A stretch of DNA of 38,156 nucleotides from Rhodobacterales bacterium (GTDB taxonomy: Bacteria > Pseudomonadota > Alphaproteobacteria > Rhodobacterales > Rhodobacteraceae). This document shows, piece by piece, positions 18,501 to 25,841 of the stretch (position 1 is the first letter of the stretch; every line of letters starts with the position of its first letter). The notes beneath the pieces are model-generated. The model worked only from the letters and a program-made list of their open reading frames with translations, was not told the DNA's origin and did not search any database. Where the stretch lies: the NCBI GenBank assembly GCA_002746935.1, contig PDRW01000045.1, positions 1-38,156 of the forward strand, given 5' to 3'. Made by a program: the position numbers and the translations under genes.

Positions 18501-21500
18501 GGGTCCGGATTGGTGCCGTTGTCCGACTGGTCGGCAAGCTGCGGGTTGGTGGCCGAGGTCTGGCCGGACCACTGCCCTGTCGCATCGACCACGGCCTGGT
18601 TCTCGTAGTTCGCGGGCACAGATGTCGGCTTCACGCGGATTGTGAAGGCCAGGTTGCAGCTGCCCGAGATGCCGAGATTGAAGCCGGTGGCGACAACCGT
18701 ATTGCCTGCGCCGTTGAAACCAGCATTGAGGCCGCCACAGCTGCCCGAGGGTGCCGCGACGATCGCATAGGTGCCGTTGGCCAGCGGATCGGTGGCCGGG
18801 TTCCCCGGGGTGGCGAGGGTGCCGAACAGCGGAGCGGCCCCGGCGATCTGGTCGGTCACCGCGATATTGGTGAGCGGTTCCTGGCTGAAGTTTTCAACCA
18901 CCAGACCGAAGGTCACATTGAACGACCCGTCGTCATTCGCCGTCACCGCGCCCGACACCTGCTTGGCGATGCCGACACGGGCCTGCGAGATGAGCGCGAA
19001 GTCGTAGTCGACGCCGTCGTCGTCTTTCGGCACGTTGATCGTGCTGATCGTGGTGTTGTTCGTACGGTTACCGCCAAGATTGAGCGGGTTCGACGTCGGA
19101 CCGGTGGTGAGGTATGCGACATCCGGCACGGAGGACGGAATGACCTGGAGCCTCACCGTATAGGTGCCTTCCGGCAGGTAGTCGAAACTGTAGTCGCCGC
19201 TGGCATCGGTGGTGATGGTGCGGGAAACGGGGTTGCCGTTCAGATCCGTACCGTTCAGCGTGACCTGAACGCCCACAACACCGCTGTCGTTGTTGTTCAT
19301 CACCTCGTCTTCCGCGAAGTCGCGGAACACCGAGCCCGAGAGCGACGAGGAAACCACCTGCACCGTGGCGGTATCGGTATTGTCGCTCTCGTCGACATCG
19401 AAGCTTTCGGTCGAGACGGTCGCCGAGTTGGTGCGGCTGTAGGGATCGGCATTGGCGGCAGTCACGCGCACCGGCACGGTGATATTGATCTGGCTGCTCG
19501 CGTCGACGGTGCCAAACTCACAGTTGAACGACGTGCCTCCCGCGGCACCGGTGCAGCTGTTCTGGCTGGCATTACCGCTGGCCACCACAGCCGTGGGCGC
19601 GCCGGTCAGCACCATGTTGGCGGGCAGGCTGTCGGCCACCGAAACCACTTCGGCCTCGGCCGTGCCGCCAGCGGGAGCCGCGACAGTCACCCCGATGGTG
19701 AAGTTGAAGTCTTCCCGCAGCCCGACAGGCGCCGTCGGTCCGGTCTTGGTGAGCGAAATGTTGGTGCGGGTCCGCAGCGTGGTATCCGCCGAGGCATTGT
19801 TGTTGAGCAGGTTGCTCTCCCAGCCCTGGTCGGTCTCGTCGGACTTGACCGACACGTTGTTGACCGCCGTTCCCTTGGCCAGGCCACGCATGGTCAGGGT
19901 CACCTGTTCGGAGGAATTCGCCTTGATGAAGGGCCAGGTGCATTCCAGCGTGCCGCCAACGTCGCCGACCGCCGGAACCGTGCCGCAGCTCACGGGGCTG
20001 TTGTTCGAGGTCGCCGTGAAACTCTGATAGCTCAGCAGCGAGGGCGGCAGAGTATCGGTCATCACCACGTTTTCAGAGGTCGAGGGGCCGTTGTTGCGCA
20101 CCGTCACCGTATAGGTGACGTCGCCACCGACCGCGACCGGATCAATGTTGTCGGTCTTGTTGACCAGCAGATCGACCACCGGACGCTGAACCGGCACCGT
20201 GACCGCCGCGTTGTTGTTGGTGGGATCAATGTCGGTTGTGGTGGTGGTAATCGCGGCATTGTTGGTGATGTCGGTGCCGCGGGTGGCGTTGGTCGGCTGC
20301 ACCACGATGGTCACGGTCTTCTGGGCACCGTTGTTGATGCTGCCCATGTCGCAGGTCAGCGTCCTGTTGGCCGCGGTGGTCACCGTGTTTGCGGTGATCC
20401 CGGAGCAGCTGCCGCCGGGGGCATTGGCCGAAACGAACAGCACGTCCAGCGGCAGCTCATCGGTGATGGTCACACCGTCCGCCCGGCTGAGGCCGTTGGC
20501 AAGGTTGCTCGCGGCAACGACGTAGGTCAGGTTCTGGCCAGCGGCAACCGGGCTGGGGTTGGCGGTCTTGGTCGCCCGTATGTCGGCCCGCGCCTCAAGC
20601 GTGTAGTTCGCAACGTTGGTGTTATTGTTCAGGTCCGGGTCGGGCACATTGCCCGAATAGGCGTTGGCCCGGTTGTAATACGAACCGCCATTGCCGCCGG
20701 GGCGCACCTGGAAGGTGATGACCGGACAATCGTTGCCCTGAGTACAGACCGGCAGCGTCGGGATCGTGCAGACCAGATTCCGCCCGTTGGGATTGAGAGG
20801 CGAGGTCGAACAATTGGAGTCCGTGAAGGTATTGGCCGCGTTTCCGGCAACCGAGAGCGAGACGAAGCCCGGGTTCGGTCCGCTCGCCTGGTCGTTGATC
20901 AGGAAGCGGACCAGGTCACGCACCTGGACGTTGGTCGAGACGGCAGGGCCGTCGTTGACGACTTCGATCGTGTAGGTCAGCAACTCGCCCGCCGCAACCG
21001 TGGTGGGGTTCGCCGATTTGAGCGGATAGATGTCGGCCGAAGCTGCCGGCGTGCCGGAGGTCGAGGTGTGGGTGATGGTGTTGTTCGGCAGGATCGCAAC
21101 ATCTTCGGGGATATTGGAATCCGGCGAGCTGACGTGCAGCTGGTTGGCGATCGTGCCGGCCGCCGTCGCCGTGGTGGTGAAGGTCACCGAGGGCGTGGTG
21201 GCATTGGGCGGCAGCGGCGCGGCCTGGGTATAGACGCGCGTACAGGTCACCTGAATCGGACCCGCACCGCTGGTGGGATTGCAGGTCCAGCCGTTCGCGT
21301 TGACGATACCGTCGAGTGTGAGCCCGGCGGGGATCGTGTCGACCATCTCGATGGTGCCCCAGAACGCGGCATTGCCGATGTTCGAGGTCGAGATCGAGTA
21401 CTCATAGCCGCTGTTGCCCTCCACCATGAGCGGCGGATTAGGGCCGGTCTTGTTGGCGCGCAGATCGACCACCGGCTCGGCGATGGTGACAAGACCGTCG

Positions 21501-22780
21501 CTGTCGCTGTTGTTGGCCGGGTTCTGATCGGTCGGGCCGGTCGAGGAAACCGTGACGGTGTTCTGGGCATTGCCCGCACCCACGACGGTCGCTTCGACAA
21601 TGACATTGCCAAGGCTGGTGTTGTTGCCCGCACCCGACGGGTCGGGGCGGGTGCAGCTCACCTCCTGCCCGGAGGTCGTGCAGGTCCAGCCGCCCTCGAT
21701 GACATTGTCGATCTGGTAGTTGCCCGGAATCGTATCGTTGAGCGTGAGCCCGCTGGGCGCATCGCCGGTGTATCTGGGCGCAAGGGTGAAGGTCACCGTA
21801 TCGCCCACCAGCAGGTTGCCGGTGTTCGGGCTGCGACTCTTGCTGACCGCCACGTCGGTTCCCTCGGTGACGTCCAGAGTGCCGGTGGCGGTGTTGTTGT
21901 CGGCATTCGGGTCGGGCGGGTTCTGGTTGATGACACTCGCCGAGGCGGTGATGTCAGACCCGCCGATCGCGGCGACCTGGCCGGTGAAGGTGCGGGTGAC
22001 GGAGGCGCCAACCGGGATCGAACCGGGAATGTTGCAGTTCCAGGTGCCACCGCTCAGGCTGCATCCGGCGGGCGCCGACATGTTGGTGATGCCGGTGGGC
22101 GCAGGGAAGGAAATGGTGAAGCCGTCGCTGGGGTGCGGGCCGTTGTTGGTCGCCGTCCAGACGAAATCGACCATGCTGCCGGCGGCAGCGGAAGAAGGGA
22201 TCGTGAGATCAAGCTGAATTTCCGCACCCCGCGTCAAGGTGGTGGTTTCGAGGTCGGAATTGTTGCCGGTGTTGGTCTCGACACCGGCAACCGTCGCCAC
22301 CTCGGCACCGACCTGAATCGAGCCCTCGATGTCGCTGGTCACCTGGACGACCGGCGTGATGTTTTCGTCGGCGGCCAGGGGCGGCACGGTGCAGGTCACG
22401 GTCAGCGGACCGGCGCCGGTGGTGGGCGCGCAATTCGTCAGCGGCGCGCTGACACCGACCAGAGAGGCGTTGGCGGGCACGTCGAAGGTCAACTGCGTTG
22501 CAGGCGCGCCCTGCGTGCCCGCGTTGGTGATCCGCAGGGTGTAGTCGATCACCCCGCCTGCCGCGTAGGTTACTCCGCCGTTCTCGCCGTCTTCGATGGC
22601 AAGCAGCCAGTCCACATTCTGAGCCCGCGCCTGGCCGGCACCCGACAGCACCCCGAGACAGAGCGCGAAGGTGAGAACCAGAAAACGCGCAAGAAAACCA
22701 AAACGCCGCACGGAAACCGTCCGGGGCTCAATATCACCATTCCACATCACAAGACCGCCTGTTTGCATTTGCCGCCGCAT
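15530..22780 (-). CDS. giant secreted surface/adhesin-like protein (2416 aa): Sec signal peptide, multiple DUF11-type 'conserved repeat domains', two SdrD-B/Cna-B-type domains, unique C-terminal ~110-aa domain
   Basis: N-terminal signal peptide …[31 protein letters not shown]. More than 10 diverged ~120-aa repeats carry …DVI.[16 protein letters not shown].LP… motifs, including three near-identical tandem copies. Cna-B-like segments read …[43 protein letters not shown]… and …[24 protein letters not shown]…. The protein is Thr/Asn/Gly/Val rich. The start is uncertain (ATG at 22780, or ATG at 22747 preceded by AGGCGG). The 2522-aa plus-strand ORF over the same DNA is an antisense artefact. Confidence 0.85.
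   Translation of the reverse strand: [2416 protein letters not shown]
17360..18440. repeat. three tandem ~369-bp (123-codon) near-identical repeats inside the adhesin gene
   Basis: Period measured between gtcgttgtcattggc landmarks at ~17728 and ~18097. Protein copies are [10 protein letters not shown]…/[10 protein letters not shown]…/[10 protein letters not shown]…, each carrying …FTVTNTGN…GAVDSTTFT…. Confidence 0.75.
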
Positions 22781-23240
22781 ATTGCGGGCATCCTGACTGA
22801 TTCTATTTCCGTTTCCTATTCATTTTCCAAGCGATTTTTTCCAATTGGTGAACAAAACAAGGGGCAATCGTCGCGTCGTTGCCACACCGGCATCAGCCAG
22901 CACGGCGTTATCCACAGGCAAGGTTCCGCCGGGCCGCAAATTCCGCAGATTCTCTCACACCGCCACCTCTTCTCCCGCACCGCCACCTCCGCCCGGCCGA
23001 CAGCGGTTCGCGGACCGGCCGGACGGATCCAAATGCCACGGGCACCCCCCTTGCCGGTCCGGTTTCACCGGATTCCCTGGCCCCGATTTCTCCAAAACTG
23101 ACCGATCCGGGCGTGAAATGACCACAATCCGCACCGACAAGACCGGCAACGCGAAACGCACCGGCAGGATTGACACGCTGCCGGACCGGAGGGGAAAACC
23201 GGGCAGGGTTTGCAAAAGGCATTCGGGCAGGAAAGCAGCA
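22781..23240. promoter_or_regulatory. 460-bp divergent intergenic control region (adhesin operon leftwards, C-PCP-TE gene rightwards) with AT-rich island 22800-22860
   Basis: The only markedly AT-rich stretch in the window (gattctatttccgtttcctattcattttccaagcgattttttccaattggtgaacaaaacaa). On the minus strand it contains TAGAAT, and on the plus strand TTGACA at 23170-23175 with a poor -10. No precise sites could be assigned. Confidence 0.3.
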
Positions 23241-25778
23241 ATGAACGACATGAAGGTGTCAGGCTCAGACAACGTCGTCGCGACCTTCCCGGCGTCGATC
23301 ACCCAGAAACGCACCTGGTTCATGGAGCAGATCCACCCCGGCGACCGGGGCCTGATCATCGCGCTGCACTGGGAATTGCGCGGGTCCGTCACCAGTGATG
23401 CGGTGGAACGTGCCTTCCAGACGATCACCGACCGTCACGAGGTCTTCCGCACCCGGTTTCGCGAACGCGACGGCGAACCGGTGCAGGAGGTGCTGGCGCA
23501 TGTGGATTTCAGGCTCGCCCGGCTCGATCTGCGCAATGTGCCGGAGGCCGACCGCGCCCGCAAGATCAGCGAGATCGCCAGCGAACATGCCGGGGAACCC
23601 TTCGACATGGGGCGTGCCGGGCTGATCCGGGTGGCGATGGTCCAGACCGGACCCGACCGCGCCGCGCTGCTGATCGCGGTGCACAACAGCGTGTTTGACG
23701 GCTATTCCATCGGCGTGCTGGGGCACGAGCTCGGCACCCTGCTGGAGGCGGAAGCAAGCGGCCAGCCCGCCGAACTGCCGGAACTGGCGCTGCAATACGG
23801 CGATTTCGCCATGTGGCAGGCCGATTACGCCGCCAGCGGCGCCTTTGCCGGGGAAGAGGCCTATTGGGCGCAAAAGCTCGGCGGCATGGCCTGTTTCGAG
23901 ATCCCGCCCGACCGGCCGCGCAGCCCCGGGCCTACCGAAAGCCGCAACTACGCCCGCGATCTGCCGGCGGATTTCGAGCCCCGCCTGGCCGGGACGGCAA
24001 AGGCGCTCGAAACCTCGCTGTTCACCCTCGGCACCACAGCCTTCGCGGTTGCCCTCGAACGCTTCACCGGACGGCGCGACGTGAGCTTCGCAATCCAGGC
24101 CGCGGGCCGGAACGAGGTGGACCTCGAACCGCTGATCGGCATCTTCACCAATCCGATGGTGCTGCGCTTCGACATCGACCCGGAGGCCCCGCTCTCGGAC
24201 CATGCCCGGGCGGCGCGCGACATCATCAATGGCGCCCTCGCCCACCAGATGCTGCCCTTCGACAGGGTGGTGCAGGTGCTCAACCCGCCGCGCGACCCGC
24301 TGCGGATCCCGCTGGTGTCGATCATGTTCGGCCTGCAACCCGGCTTCCTGAAGACCCGCCGCTATGGTGCGATCGAACTGGTTCCGGAAATCTCGGATGT
24401 GCCCGGCACGCTCTACGATCTCAATGTCAACATTGCCGGGCACAAGACCGGCTGGCGGCTGGTGATCGACTACAACGCCAGGCTGTTCGACGAAGCGACG
24501 ATTGCGCGGTTTGCGGCGCTGCTGGTCGAGGTGCTCGACAGCCTGATGCACCACGCGGAGAGGCCGGTCGGCACGCTCCGGGCGGAGACGGAGCCCCGAC
24601 CGGAGGCCCGACCTGAGACTGCCGCCGGGGAAGCCCCGCTTGCGGTGGCGCCTTCAGAGGCGGCAGAGGAGGGAACCGCCGAAGGGGCAGCCACGATCGA
24701 AAGCCTGCGCGCGATCTGGTCCGATGTGCTCGCCATCCCGGCCGACAGTGCCACGGGCAATTTCTTCGACCTCGGGGGCCATTCGATCCTTGCGCTGCGG
24801 ATGCTGGCGATGGTCGCCGAAAGTTTCGGCCAGCGCCCGTCGATCCAGGCCTTCCTCGCCGACCCGACCCTTGAAGGACTGGCCGGCGTGCTCAACCCGC
24901 CCGCGCCCTCCCCTGCCCCGCAGACCGGCCCGGCGGCGGCGCCCGATACCGCCCCGAACCCGATCTGGGATCTCACCGAGCTGCGGGCGTCTTCGGCCGA
25001 CGCACCGGTGCTGATCGCCGTCAATCAGCCGTTCATGTTCCACGCCCTGGCGCGCGAGATGGTTGCCGATTGCGCCGTGGCGAGCCTGAGCGTTCCCGGC
25101 GCGGCAGAATTGCAGGCGCTCGAACAGGCCGGGCTCGATAAGGCGATCGAGGCCGCTCTCGCCCCGGTGCTTGCCCGCTACGCCGGGCGGCCGCTGATGT
25201 TTTGCGGCCTCTGCGTCGACGGGCTCGTCGCCCTCCGCCTCGCCCAGCGCCTGCGCGACGAGGGGCAGAACACCGCCCTCGTGGCGATGATCGACAGCTG
25301 GGCGCCCGGGTCCAGCCGGGCGTTTTCGCGGCTGCGCAAGAGCCTCGATCGCTGGCACATCCGCTTCCGGCGGATCGGCTATTATCTCGGGCTCCGGCGT
25401 CAGGGCGAGATCGGCTGGACCGATGTGCTGCGCCAGAACGATCTTGCCGCCGGGATCATCGCCCGGCTCACCGGGGTGCCCGCGAAAAACGAGACCGAGA
25501 CGCTGGTCGATGACACCGTCGAGGTGCTGGTCGGCCTGACCCGGGGCTATCGCTTCGCCCCCTATGATGGCGAGGTGGTGCTGTTCATCACCCGCTCGCA
25601 GGCGATGGTGCCGAAGGACGGCGTGCTTGGCTGGTCGGGCCTGCTGGCGGCGGATGTGACCGCCTATCCGGTCAACGGCTGGCATGGCGACGCACTGATG
25701 CGCAGCGGGTTCGAGCGGATCATCGGCGTGCTGGACGTGAAGGCACAGAGACTGCGCCGCGCCACGCCGCCGGGGTGA
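23241..25778 (+). CDS. stand-alone NRPS protein: condensation domain (variant HNxxxDG) - PCP - thioesterase (Cys nucleophile)
   Basis: 845-aa product. AGGAAAG RBS precedes ATG 23241, and an in-frame alternative ATG lies at 23118. C-domain motifs include …LIAVHNSVFDGYS…. The PCP reads …FFDLGGHSILALRM…. The alpha/beta-hydrolase TE reads …MFCGLCVDGLVALRLAQRL…IDSWAP…GWHGD…, aligning to GxSxG with Cys at the nucleophile position. Confidence 0.85.
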   Translation: MNDMKVSGSDNVVATFPASITQKRTWFMEQIHPGDRGLIIALHWELRGSVTSDAVERAFQTITDRHEVFRTRFRERDGEPVQEVLAHVDFRLARLDLRNVPEADRARKISEIASEHAGEPFDMGRAGLIRVAMVQTGPDRAALLIAVHNSVFDGYSIGVLGHELGTLLEAEASGQPAELPELALQYGDFAMWQADYAASGAFAGEEAYWAQKLGGMACFEIPPDRPRSPGPTESRNYARDLPADFEPRLAGTAKALETSLFTLGTTAFAVALERFTGRRDVSFAIQAAGRNEVDLEPLIGIFTNPMVLRFDIDPEAPLSDHARAARDIINGALAHQMLPFDRVVQVLNPPRDPLRIPLVSIMFGLQPGFLKTRRYGAIELVPEISDVPGTLYDLNVNIAGHKTGWRLVIDYNARLFDEATIARFAALLVEVLDSLMHHAERPVGTLRAETEPRPEARPETAAGEAPLAVAPSEAAEEGTAEGAATIESLRAIWSDVLAIPADSATGNFFDLGGHSILALRMLAMVAESFGQRPSIQAFLADPTLEGLAGVLNPPAPSPAPQTGPAAAPDTAPNPIWDLTELRASSADAPVLIAVNQPFMFHALAREMVADCAVASLSVPGAAELQALEQAGLDKAIEAALAPVLARYAGRPLMFCGLCVDGLVALRLAQRLRDEGQNTALVAMIDSWAPGSSRAFSRLRKSLDRWHIRFRRIGYYLGLRRQGEIGWTDVLRQNDLAAGIIARLTGVPAKNETETLVDDTVEVLVGLTRGYRFAPYDGEVVLFITRSQAMVPKDGVLGWSGLLAADVTAYPVNGWHGDALMRSGFERIIGVLDVKAQRLRRATPPG

Positions 25779-25801
25779 ACCCGGGTTTGAACGACCGGAG
25801 C

Positions 25802-25839
25802 AAAAGCCCCGCCCCGCTGACTTCGGGGGGCGGGGTTTT
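25802..25839. terminator. bidirectional intrinsic terminator (AAAA-gccccgcccc-loop-ggggcggggc-TTTT)
   Basis: 9-bp GC stem flanked by an A4 run on one side and a T4 run on the other. It lies between the convergent stop codons at 25778 (+) and 25842 (-). Confidence 0.7.
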
Positions 25840-25841
25840 CG

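Noticed and set aside
15530-22780. Search for RTX GGxGxD nonapeptides or a T1SS C-terminal signal in the adhesin
   Set aside because: None seen. The protein has an N-terminal Sec signal peptide instead.
15533-23101. 2522-aa plus-strand ORF covering the adhesin gene
   Set aside because: Its translation is Arg/Gly/Val low-complexity with no signal peptide or domain motifs. The minus-strand frame has the signal peptide, DUF11 and Cna-B motifs. It is a high-GC antisense artefact.
23265-25685. Minus-strand ORFs 23265..24554 and 24654..25685
   Set aside because: Antisense to the C-PCP-TE gene.
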